Source: an uncultured archaeon
GTDB lineage: Archaea > Asgardarchaeota > Thorarchaeia > Thorarchaeales > Thorarchaeaceae
Length of the DNA: 54,693 nucleotides
NCBI GenBank assembly: GCA_964590575.1
Contig: CAZPWM010000009.1
Location: forward strand, 1-54,693
Direction of reading: 5' to 3'
The position numbers and the translations under genes are program-made. How positions within the stretch are numbered: the first letter of the stretch is position 1; each line of letters opens with the position of its first letter. The notes below the pieces were generated by a model. That model was not told the DNA's origin. It saw only the letters and a program-made list of their open reading frames with translations, and searched no databases. This document shows, piece after piece, positions 39,497 to 48,460 of the stretch.

Positions 39497-40503
39497 CCAA
39501 GGTTGAGCTCAGGAACCAACAGCCTATCAACTGATTTAGCAAATTCCCTTATTGCTTCATCAGGGAAAGGCCATAGAGTTCTCAACCTCAAAGATCGAAT
39601 TTTTGGTTCTGATGCAATTGCATGTAGTTCCTCTACTGACCTAGATGTTGAACCAAATGAAACAACACCCCATGCAGCTGTATCAGGACCTGAAATTGTG
39701 TAGTCTTTAACTAAATCATGCGCATCCAGAACTTTGGTAGATAATCTACGAACTAGTTTATCATGGATTTCCGGGTCTGCAGTTTTTCGAAATCCAAACT
39801 CATTATGAGTGGATCCTGTTATGAGTAAATCATGTCCATCACCGAATCTTGGCATCAGTGCATGCCCATGAGCATCTACTTTTCCATATGGAGCATCACC
39901 CCTTTCTATGAATCGTCTTTTCACTGAAACATCTTTACTTCTATCAACAACCACCCTTTCCCGTGAATGCGCTACAATTTCATCTGACAATAGAATTACA
40001 GGATGTCTTAGCATTTCAGAAATTATGAATGATTTCAACGTTAGTTCATAGGTTTCTTGAGCTGAATTAGGTGCAAACACAATACTCTCATGGTCTCCAT
40101 GTGTTCCCCATCTTGTCTGCATAAAATCTCCCTGAGCTGCCTTTGTAGCCTGTCCAGTACTCGGTCCTGCCCGTTGAACATTCACAATGACACAAGGAGT
40201 TTCCGTCATAATGGCGTATCCAATATTTTCTTGCATTAGACTAAATCCAGGCCCTGAAGTTGCTGTCATTGACAAAGTACCTCCCCACGAACTACCAATA
40301 ACAGCAGAGATAGCAGCAATCTCATCTTCCATCTGAAGATATACTCCTCCAGTTTTTGGAAGTTTGACTGACATGATTTCCGCAATTTCAGAAGCTGGTG
40401 TGATGGGATAACCTGCAAAGAATCTACAACCTGCAGCAATCGCAGCTTCTGCACACGCTTGGTTTCCCTGCCAGAACTCAACAGTTTCATTATTGACGGA
40501 CAT
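39373..40503 (-). CDS. korA: 2-oxoacid:ferredoxin oxidoreductase alpha subunit
   Basis: FFAGYPITPASE, QMEDE, TATSGPGFSLMQE, QRAGPSTG, ELNLGQ. Confidence 0.93.
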   Translation of the reverse strand: MSVNNETVEFWQGNQACAEAAIAAGCRFFAGYPITPASEIAEIMSVKLPKTGGVYLQMEDEIAAISAVIGSSWGGTLSMTATSGPGFSLMQENIGYAIMTETPCVIVNVQRAGPSTGQATKAAQGDFMQTRWGTHGDHESIVFAPNSAQETYELTLKSFIISEMLRHPVILLSDEIVAHSRERVVVDRSKDVSVKRRFIERGDAPYGKVDAHGHALMPRFGDGHDLLITGSTHNEFGFRKTADPEIHDKLVRRLSTKVLDAHDLVKDYTISGPDTAAWGVVSFGSTSRSVEELHAIASEPKIRSLRLRTLWPFPDEAIREFAKSVDRLLVPELNLGQLSREVSRAVGGIVDVVSLNKIGGGLMIEPDEILGVVKKS

Positions 40504-40613
40504 AACTAAAACTCCAAGTTGGCGTTGGTGACTATGGTCAAGATAAGCATACTCTTACGACAGTTCTAGAATGCTGATAATTTTTTATCAAATATTATTA
40601 GGTGAGTCGCAAA

Positions 40614-40652
40614 ACAACGGTGGTCTAGTCTGGTTAGGACGGAAACCTCTTA
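40614..40652 (+). pseudogene. Orphan tRNA-like 5' half
   Basis: ACAACGG-TG-GTCTAGTCTGGTTAGGAC-G-GAAAC-CT-CTT-A; intact D arm, no 3' half nearby. Confidence 0.45.
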
Positions 40653-40724
40653 CTAACCTATCTTCTAGGGCTCACAATATCAATAATCTTAAATCACGAC
40701 CAGATGCAATCGTGTTCTGAGATT

Positions 40725-40799
40725 GCGACCGTTGTCTAGGGGTTATGATGCAGGCTTCCCAAGCCTGTGACCCGGGTTCAAATCCCGGCGGTCGCACCA
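40725..40799 (+). tRNA. tRNA-Gly(CCC), encoded CCA
   Basis: GCGACCG/CGGTCGC acceptor, CAGGC-TT-CCC-AA-GCCTG, GGTTCAAATCC. Confidence 0.97.
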
Positions 40800-41010
40800 T
40801 TGCTTTTCGTCAGGTTTAAGGGAAGATAAACACATATGCCCATGGCGAGCGATGATTTCTATGACCCCTATGAGTCAGAAATGACGATGATATGGATCTT
40901 GAGTTAGGAGCTCGCCAATACTTTCGGCAACCTCCTCTTTAATTGTCCGTTTAATCGTACATTTAGCAAATGCTTTTAAGTTGCTTCAATAGCATTGCTT
41001 TTGGATTGTT

Positions 41011-42228
41011 ATGCCTCACGACTATGTTGAAGATGAACTCAGTAGACGTAGTGTGTTCAAATCAGAACAGTTCCTATCTATAGACTACGTTCCAGAAAGT
41101 CTTCCGCATCGTCAATCTGAGATAAGAACACTTGTTCAAAGTTTTAAGACCCTAATCAGCTCACCAGGTCGAACAAGCCACAGGTTCATCATTGAGGGAC
41201 CAGTAGGGACAGGAAAGACAGCTGTAGCTAAACGATTCTCAGAACAAATGATTCTAGCTGGAAAAAGAAGGAACATTAGACTTCATAGCATTCATATTAA
41301 CTGTCGTGTTAACAAGACAGCATACTTGATTTTTCTTCGAGTATTAAGAGAATTCATACCTAAATTTCCCAGACGTGGACATTCTCCTGACGAATTACTA
41401 CAAATGCTGGTTGAGGTCCTAGATGAAGAGGACCGATATCTTTTACTGATTCTCGATGAGCTTGACTATTTCATCAGACAGAAAGGTGCTGACATTCTCT
41501 ATGATCTCACAAGACTTATGGATGACAGACTGAATGCTACACAGCGTCTTTCAATCATAGGAATTGGCCGTAAAATTCCTCTTGATGATGATATTCTTGA
41601 TTCTAGTACACGCAGTACACTCCAACGCAATGTTCTTCGTTTTTTTAAGTACAATCGTGATGCACTTTATGACATACTCCGAGACCGTGTAGAAATGGCT
41701 TTTAATAAAAATACAGTCATGGACGAAACAATCCAAGTCATCTGTGACATTGCTTCTGAACATGGTGATGCACGATATGCAATTGAGCTTCTCTGGCGTG
41801 CTGGTAAAAGTGCCGATAGTGATCAAGCTGATATCGTAATACCTGATTATGCTCGTCGTGCCAAAGCCGACACCCATCCTGAGCTTAGAAAAGAGATTTT
41901 TACTACACTACCTATTCAACATAAACTTCTATTATTAGCCGCAGCAAGACAACTTAAGGAGATTCGTAGCGCTTACGTCACAATAGGTGAAGTTGAAGAC
42001 ATGTATCGCTCGATATGTGAGGAATACTATGAAGAACCACGAGCACATACTCAGATTTGGGAATGGGTCCAAGATCTTAATTCTCACGGGATAATAGATA
42101 CAAAGAAATCAGGCACAGGCCAGAGAGGTCAAACTACTCTTATTGGATTCTCTGATGTTCCAGCTGAGATGTTAGAACAATTTCTTTCAGGGTTGCTTGA
42201 AACAACCAAGGAGGCTATGAGAAAATAA
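41011..42228 (+). CDS. cdc6: Orc1/Cdc6 replication initiator
   Basis: YVPESLPHR, GPVGTGKT, INC, ILDELD, GDARYAI, C-terminal wHTH. Confidence 0.96.
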   Translation: MPHDYVEDELSRRSVFKSEQFLSIDYVPESLPHRQSEIRTLVQSFKTLISSPGRTSHRFIIEGPVGTGKTAVAKRFSEQMILAGKRRNIRLHSIHINCRVNKTAYLIFLRVLREFIPKFPRRGHSPDELLQMLVEVLDEEDRYLLLILDELDYFIRQKGADILYDLTRLMDDRLNATQRLSIIGIGRKIPLDDDILDSSTRSTLQRNVLRFFKYNRDALYDILRDRVEMAFNKNTVMDETIQVICDIASEHGDARYAIELLWRAGKSADSDQADIVIPDYARRAKADTHPELRKEIFTTLPIQHKLLLLAAARQLKEIRSAYVTIGEVEDMYRSICEEYYEEPRAHTQIWEWVQDLNSHGIIDTKKSGTGQRGQTTLIGFSDVPAEMLEQFLSGLLETTKEAMRK

Positions 42229-42525
42229 ATGGAAGCTGAAAGTTTATCCAGAGTTGCAATTGAAGATATATTCTCATCACGAGGTAGAATTAAAATCCTG
42301 AAAGAGCTAGCTATTTCCAAGTCCAACGAGCTACCTATCTCAGAGCTCTGTAGAAGAGTGGGCCTCAATCACAGTTCAACAAAATCACACCTTAAGGTTT
42401 TGATAAAATCTGGATTAATAGAAGAGAAAACATATGGGACAACAAGAACCAAAATCTACCGATACAAAATCGAAGACCTTAGAGCACGTTCACTAAGGAG
42501 TTTGTTCAATCTCTGGGAGTCATGA
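42229..42525 (+). CDS. ArsR-like winged-helix protein
   Basis: IFSSRGRIKIL..ISELCRRVGLNHS..HLKVL..GLIEE. Confidence 0.85.
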   Translation: MEAESLSRVAIEDIFSSRGRIKILKELAISKSNELPISELCRRVGLNHSSTKSHLKVLIKSGLIEEKTYGTTRTKIYRYKIEDLRARSLRSLFNLWES

Positions 42526-42540
42526 TGAGGTTTTCATGGC

Positions 42541-43404
42541 ATGTCGAATTATCTGTCTCGTCTGTTCTATCTTGGTGGTCGTTACTACGGTTCTCAATAT
42601 CAACCAGATTTTGTTACTATTCAGGGGGAACTTATTGAAGCTCTTACAAACTGGAGTGGAGAACACCATTCCACTCAAACAGTTCAACTATCTGGCAGAA
42701 CTGACAGAGGCGTTCATAGTATTGGACAATTAGTCATGATTGCTACAGAAGAACAGTTCAATATCGATAAAATTAACCGTCATCTTCCAGAGGATATCAT
42801 ATTATGGGCATCTGCAGAAGCCCCTTCTAATTTTGCCCCTCGCTATGATGTATTAATGCGGCATTACCGATATTATCTTGACGAATCTTGGACTAATTAT
42901 AATCTCGAAGTTACCAAAAAAGCAGCGGTTCTTTTGATTGGGTCTAACGATTTTAGTCAACTAGCAAAACCTGATGCTGGTCGAAATACTATCACAACAA
43001 TTTTGAATATATCCATTCATGACTACAACGGTACATACTTCTTGGATATTATTGGAACTCGATTCCTCTGGAAACTTGTGCGTAAAATAGTCGCCTTACT
43101 CACAGAAATTGGAACTGAAAGAATCAACCTAGAAGATATCAATGATATTCTTACAGGACAAAAATTCCTTGCAAGTGGTATTCAACCCGCACCTCCAGAA
43201 AATCTGGTCCTTATGGAAACGATTGTTCCAATCAAGATGGAAACTAGTAAATATGCTATCCGAATGATTCGGAAGCAGTTGAGTGATCAGCTTGAACAAT
43301 ATAGACGTTCAATAAGAACTGTAAGAAACGTCATCGATTACTTTTCTGAATCAAGGATGACTTCTCAACATTCAACCAAGTTGCGAAATCGCTCAGACTC
43401 TTAG
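42541..43404 (+). CDS. truA: tRNA pseudouridine(38-40) synthase
   Basis: GSQYQP, SGRTDRGVH, RHYRY, FLWKLVRKIV. Confidence 0.93.
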   Translation: MSNYLSRLFYLGGRYYGSQYQPDFVTIQGELIEALTNWSGEHHSTQTVQLSGRTDRGVHSIGQLVMIATEEQFNIDKINRHLPEDIILWASAEAPSNFAPRYDVLMRHYRYYLDESWTNYNLEVTKKAAVLLIGSNDFSQLAKPDAGRNTITTILNISIHDYNGTYFLDIIGTRFLWKLVRKIVALLTEIGTERINLEDINDILTGQKFLASGIQPAPPENLVLMETIVPIKMETSKYAIRMIRKQLSDQLEQYRRSIRTVRNVIDYFSESRMTSQHSTKLRNRSDS

Positions 43405-44551
43405 AATTAACTTTGATAATCTCATATATCGTATCAAGGTGAGTCTGTCGAACTCTTCTCTGTGATACCTGTGTTAATGATGACAAAGATGTCAGAATTT
43501 CAGATTGTTTGTCCCGTTTTTTGTTACCCTGCCAAACCAAAAGGGGCCAAGAAGGTTGCGAGTACTTGACACGTCGAAAAGGAGTTTCAGACCGACTCAT
43601 CGCCACTCCGATAGATAAGAAATCATAAACATATGCAAGAAGCTTCCAATTCTGATTCCTCATGATTCTTCCGAGTGCTATATCTGCTTGAGAAAGCTGC
43701 TCAAGCCCCTCATTCAGTTCTTTAGGCGTCACAAGATGAAGATGAAGATTTTCTTCTAGCCATAAGACCAATGAATCATGATTTTGATCAGATTCTGATA
43801 ACGCTTTTCTAGCCATTTTAGTGTCAACTGAAGCAAACAAAAGTCGTAGAGTTTCTTCCATCCCTCTTTTCGCGTCTCTGATAGCTGGTTCAACCACTAA
43901 AAATGCTGAACCACTTCTTACATGAGACTCCAAATCCGAAATTGCTGCACGAAGATCTCCTCCTGAACCTTCGATAATTTCATCAAGAACATCTTGGGAA
44001 ACATCCGCATTATTTTCGGACATAATATGTTTCAATATTTTCTCGATTTCATTGTTCTCGATAAGTTCAAAATTAAAGACTTGACACACCTTCATCAAGT
44101 CCTTGAGACGAGGACTATCTGGATCATTTGCAGTCATCTCAATCGGATGTACTGCATCTTTGATTATCTTCAAGATTGCACCAACACCACCCCTATCGCT
44201 GCTTCCTGAGAGACCATCCACTTCATCTAGTAAGATAAGCCTAGGTCGACCGTCAAGGGTTTGTTGTGATGAGGCTCTCCAAACTAGTGTTTCTATACTA
44301 TCTTTGTTTCTTTTGTCGCTTGAATTAAATTCAACAAGTTCCATGTTAAACTCATTCGCCAAAGCCCCGACTGAAGCAGTTTTTCCTGTTCCTGGTGGTC
44401 CAACAAGAAGAGCTGCTCTATTCACTGGTATGCTTGATATCCACGATTCAACCCAACTCCTGAGTGTCCTAATAGTTTCACGGTTCCCAACAAGTCCATC
44501 CAGCTTCCTTGGACGATGTTTCTCTGGCCAAGGCAGACTTTCATTATTCAT
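43331..44551 (-). CDS. rfcL: Replication factor C large subunit
   Basis: WPEKHRP, GPPGTGKT, LLDEVDG, GDLRAAI. Confidence 0.93.
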   Translation of the reverse strand: MNNESLPWPEKHRPRKLDGLVGNRETIRTLRSWVESWISSIPVNRAALLVGPPGTGKTASVGALANEFNMELVEFNSSDKRNKDSIETLVWRASSQQTLDGRPRLILLDEVDGLSGSSDRGGVGAILKIIKDAVHPIEMTANDPDSPRLKDLMKVCQVFNFELIENNEIEKILKHIMSENNADVSQDVLDEIIEGSGGDLRAAISDLESHVRSGSAFLVVEPAIRDAKRGMEETLRLLFASVDTKMARKALSESDQNHDSLVLWLEENLHLHLVTPKELNEGLEQLSQADIALGRIMRNQNWKLLAYVYDFLSIGVAMSRSETPFRRVKYSQPSWPLLVWQGNKKRDKQSEILTSLSSLTQVSQRRVRQTHLDTIYEIIKVNSKSLSDFATWLNVEKSSLIQKSNR

Positions 44552-45519
44552 TTGGAATCACTACCAGATTCTAAACGTGCCAAAAGTGATGAAAGCTGAA
44601 TCTCTCCATTGGCCCCCTCACCCACACGGAATTCAATTTCTGCAGTATGACTTAGTATATCCATTCGTTTTTGATTATTGAACCCAAGATTTTCAATCTC
44701 ACGATGTATTTGCTTCACCAAATCCACAGGTGAAACGCCTTGCTGATAGATTAGATTTCTGAGACTATCAAGTGCTTCGATGTATTTTCCTTCTTGAGCA
44801 TCAACAAGCATTTTCCGTACAATTCCTGGGTTAGCTCTTCCTGAGATTGAGTAAACAATCTCATCACTTATCTTCTGACCTGTAGATGATGTTGCTTGAA
44901 GTAAGTTGATAGCGGCTCTCATATCACCTTCTGCCAAATACAGAATTGCTTCAATTCCTGCGGCTAGAAGGACTACACCTTCTTTCTTGGCAATATACTT
45001 GAGTCTGCTCATGATATGATCATCACCAAGCCGTGAAAAGCGGAAAATCGCACATCTTGACTGAACAGGTGGAATAATTCTACTGGAATAATTACAAATC
45101 AATATCATCCTGCAAGAAGCTGCATATGATTCCATAGTGCGTCGTAATGCATGCTGAGCATCTGCTGTAAGATGATCGGCTTCATCGAGAACAAGTATCT
45201 TAAAAGGTGCGCTACCCGATGGCATAGTCCTTGCAAAGTTCTTAATTTGATTTCTCACAACGTCGATTCCTCTTTCATCACTAGCATTTAGTTCCATGAA
45301 GTTTCGTCCGAATGAATCACCAAAGAGGTCTCTAGCCATGGCTGTTGCTGCAGTAGTTTTACTAGTCCCTGGTGGTCCCGAAAATAAACAATGAGGGACA
45401 GCCCCAATCTCTACAAACTTCTTAAGGCTCTCAATCACTGATTCTTGACCAATAATCTCACCTAAGGTTGGAGGTCGATATTTTTCAGTCCACAAGTCCA
45501 AATCCATTTGTAGTCCCAT
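44548..45519 (-). CDS. rfcS: Replication factor C small subunit
   Basis: WTEKYRP, ELNASDERGID, DEAD, ALRRTME, QSRC. Confidence 0.96.
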   Translation of the reverse strand: MGLQMDLDLWTEKYRPPTLGEIIGQESVIESLKKFVEIGAVPHCLFSGPPGTSKTTAATAMARDLFGDSFGRNFMELNASDERGIDVVRNQIKNFARTMPSGSAPFKILVLDEADHLTADAQHALRRTMESYAASCRMILICNYSSRIIPPVQSRCAIFRFSRLGDDHIMSRLKYIAKKEGVVLLAAGIEAILYLAEGDMRAAINLLQATSSTGQKISDEIVYSISGRANPGIVRKMLVDAQEGKYIEALDSLRNLIYQQGVSPVDLVKQIHREIENLGFNNQKRMDILSHTAEIEFRVGEGANGEIQLSSLLARLESGSDSK

Positions 45520-45693
45520 CCAATATTAAAGATGTAATAGTCTTCTACTTCAGCCAGTTCTACTACGAATCTTTCTTGACTCCTTAAAAGATTCTCTGAC
45601 AATAGTATTTTGTTGCGTGGATGAAACACAGGATTAATCACTCTGGCTCGTTATCATAGAGCAAGGGCTTTATCTCAATTAATCCAGATTGAA

Positions 45694-46263
45694 GTGTGGG
45701 ATTTCATGAAGCTGTGTAGTGATGCAAAAGATGAGATGAATCGTTTTGAGATGCTTTTTCTCAATGAAACTCGAGAATGCATTTTTCAAAAACCAATGAC
45801 TGAGATAACTGTGAATGGGAATAAACTGGGTCCTTTCAAGAAGGATGATCAGGCTGGTTTTCCTAATTGGATAGTAGAACAGTTACTGAAGCATGACATA
45901 GTGGATATTGTGCCTGAAGATGCATACGATTCACTAAGACGACTACAGAATCTTTATCGAGCAGAAGAGAAACAGCCTCACAAACTACAAACATTTCAAC
46001 CATCTCTCTATACTGCACTCAGTAGGAAAGTACTTCGACTACAAAGTGATAGAACTTCAATAGATCCCCGAAAATATGACGAGATTGAAAAACTACAACG
46101 CATACTTCCATTTTTGGTTGAAACTCGATTATCAAAGATACTTCGGGTTGCCAAATCTGGTGCCTATCAAGAAAAGAAAAAACAGATGGCTTATGAAGAG
46201 CGTTGGCTTTGTGAAGAGCTAATAAATCTCCTCTCTGGATGGCGCCAAAACATCATGGAATAA
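45694..46263 (+). CDS. GINS23 (Psf2/Psf3-like) subunit
   Basis: LGPF..PNW B-domain, RLSKIL, EERWL; immediately upstream of mcm. Confidence 0.8.
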   Translation: MWDFMKLCSDAKDEMNRFEMLFLNETRECIFQKPMTEITVNGNKLGPFKKDDQAGFPNWIVEQLLKHDIVDIVPEDAYDSLRRLQNLYRAEEKQPHKLQTFQPSLYTALSRKVLRLQSDRTSIDPRKYDEIEKLQRILPFLVETRLSKILRVAKSGAYQEKKKQMAYEERWLCEELINLLSGWRQNIME

Positions 46264-46369
46264 GCAATGAGTATTAGTGCTCTTAAATACAAATCAAGAA
46301 GAACAAAGAGTCGAATATCGAAATACGATAGGGGCTCCAAGAAAATGAACAGTATCGAGGCTGGCAAAG

Positions 46370-48436
46370 ATGTCTAGTTATGACGAACAGGAAAGATTCG
46401 AGGAGTTCCTAAGAACATACAAAGATGAGCAGGGAACTCTGATTTATTGGTCACGAATTCAACAAATGTCAATTAATGATGAAATATCACTCACTGTCGA
46501 CTTTCAAGACTTGACAAGCTTCGATAATGTATTCATGGCATTAGCAGCAGAAGATCCTCAGAAGTTCTTGGAGATGGCCGATAATGCACTGATTTCGGTA
46601 CTTCGTGTTGAAGATCCGGACTACATTAACAGTCTTGATGTTAGTTTCATGAAAACACGTTTTGTTAATTATCCCGATCATATCGCATTACGTGCTCTTC
46701 GAGCACGTCATATTGGGAAGCTAATACACATCAGTGGAATCATGATGAGGGCTAGTGTGGTCAAACCACTTCTAGTCCAAGCTATGTTTCTCTGCAGGAT
46801 TTGTCAAACAGAAATTCCTCAACCCCAAGAAGAAGGAAGATATACAGAACCTGCTTTGTGTCCAGTTTGTACAAAGAAAACACCCATGCGCTTAATTCCG
46901 CAAAAATCCTACTTCAAAGACTGGCAAAAAGTGAGAATCCAGGAATCACCTGAGGAACTTCCCCCAGGTCAGATGCCTCGTTCTGTTGATGTAATTTTAG
47001 AAGGTGACATTGTTGATATATCTAGACCCGGTGAATTAGTCAAGGTAACTGGAACACTCCAAACGTCTCCCGATTTTTCACGAAGGGGTGGAAAGCTTGC
47101 GACATTCAATGTGTTCATTGAAGCAAACGGCGTAGAAGTATCTGAGAAAGAGTATGAACAACTTGAGATATCTGAAGAAGACGAGAAACGAATAAAGGAT
47201 CTAGCTGAAGACCAGTATGTTCACGAGAGGATTTATGCATCAATAGCACCCTCTATACAGGGTCATGAACAAATCAAAGAATCCATTGCACTCCTTCTTT
47301 TCGGTGGTGTCGGAAAGTCATTACCCGATGGAACACGTCTTAGAGGGAAATCCAACATATTGATGATTGGAGACCCTGGAACAGGAAAAAGTCAGATTCT
47401 CAAATTTGTTTCCGGCTTAGCTGCAAGAGGACTTTACACATCTGGTAAGGGGACCACAGCAGCTGGACTCACAGCAGCTGTTATTCATGATACAGAATCT
47501 GGAGCAATGACGCTGGAAGCTGGAGCATTAGTATTGTCTGATCAAGGAATTGCATGTATTGATGAATTTGACAAGATGGATCCCAACGACCGAACTGCTA
47601 TACATGAAGCCATGGAACAACATACAGTCAGTATCGCAAAAGCCGGAATCGTAGCAACGCTAAATGCAAGGACGTCAATTCTTGCTGCTGCTAATCCCAC
47701 GCTAGGTCGTTACGAATCATCACTCTCCATTCAAGACAATATCCGCCTCCCTTTCACAATCCTTTCAAGATTCGATTTGATTTGGATCTTGGTTGATACA
47801 CCTGAGGCTACAAAAGACCGTGAACTTGCACAATTCATACTTAATATGCATCAGATGAAGAAAACTCAAGGTCAAACTACTACACCCACCATCCCGCCAG
47901 ATTTCCTGAAAAAATACATTGGATATGCCAATCGTTATGTTATTCCACAATTAACACCTGAGGCTGCGGAAGTGATTGAGAATTTCTATGTAGACCTTCG
48001 AAAGAGCGCAGAGGGTGGAGCTTCACCAGTTCCAATCACAGCGCGCCAATTGGAATCACTCGTCCGCTTGTCAGAGGCACGAGCAAAAATGGCGTTGCGA
48101 TCCAAAGTCACCAAAGAAGACGCTCAAGCTGCAGTCCGACTCATGGAGGAATCTCTTCGTATGGTAGCCTTTGACAGGATTACTGGGAAAATCGATATCG
48201 ATCGCCTTGTTTCTAAGATGAGCGCATCACAACGGAGTTCCTCAGATATTATCATCAAAGCCATCCGTGACATGGAATCTGAAGGAACCTCAACGGTGAA
48301 TAAGGATGCATTGATTCAGAGAGCAGTTTCAATGGGCCTTCCTCGTGAACGTGCTGAAGAGGTCATTGAGAAACTATTAGCTGAAGGAATACTATATAGT
48401 CCACGTGAAGGCAAAATCAGACATTCCCAGAGCTAA
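46370..48436 (+). CDS. mcm: Replicative helicase MCM
   Basis: GDPGTGKSQ, GLTAAV, IDEFDKM, SRFD, ITARQLE; no intein. Confidence 0.98.
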   Translation: MSSYDEQERFEEFLRTYKDEQGTLIYWSRIQQMSINDEISLTVDFQDLTSFDNVFMALAAEDPQKFLEMADNALISVLRVEDPDYINSLDVSFMKTRFVNYPDHIALRALRARHIGKLIHISGIMMRASVVKPLLVQAMFLCRICQTEIPQPQEEGRYTEPALCPVCTKKTPMRLIPQKSYFKDWQKVRIQESPEELPPGQMPRSVDVILEGDIVDISRPGELVKVTGTLQTSPDFSRRGGKLATFNVFIEANGVEVSEKEYEQLEISEEDEKRIKDLAEDQYVHERIYASIAPSIQGHEQIKESIALLLFGGVGKSLPDGTRLRGKSNILMIGDPGTGKSQILKFVSGLAARGLYTSGKGTTAAGLTAAVIHDTESGAMTLEAGALVLSDQGIACIDEFDKMDPNDRTAIHEAMEQHTVSIAKAGIVATLNARTSILAAANPTLGRYESSLSIQDNIRLPFTILSRFDLIWILVDTPEATKDRELAQFILNMHQMKKTQGQTTTPTIPPDFLKKYIGYANRYVIPQLTPEAAEVIENFYVDLRKSAEGGASPVPITARQLESLVRLSEARAKMALRSKVTKEDAQAAVRLMEESLRMVAFDRITGKIDIDRLVSKMSASQRSSSDIIIKAIRDMESEGTSTVNKDALIQRAVSMGLPRERAEEVIEKLLAEGILYSPREGKIRHSQS

Positions 48437-48460
48437 GTCAAATCGGTTCATCAGCATACT

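Noticed and set aside
33738-40799. Integrated element between tRNA-Glu and tRNA-Gly
   Set aside because: No integrase or duplicated tRNA 3' end; the interval contains core genes (rpo8, TFB-like, korA)
40504-41010. Replication origin directly upstream of cdc6
   Set aside because: No ORB-like element with G-string seen; the region holds tRNA-Gly and other small elements
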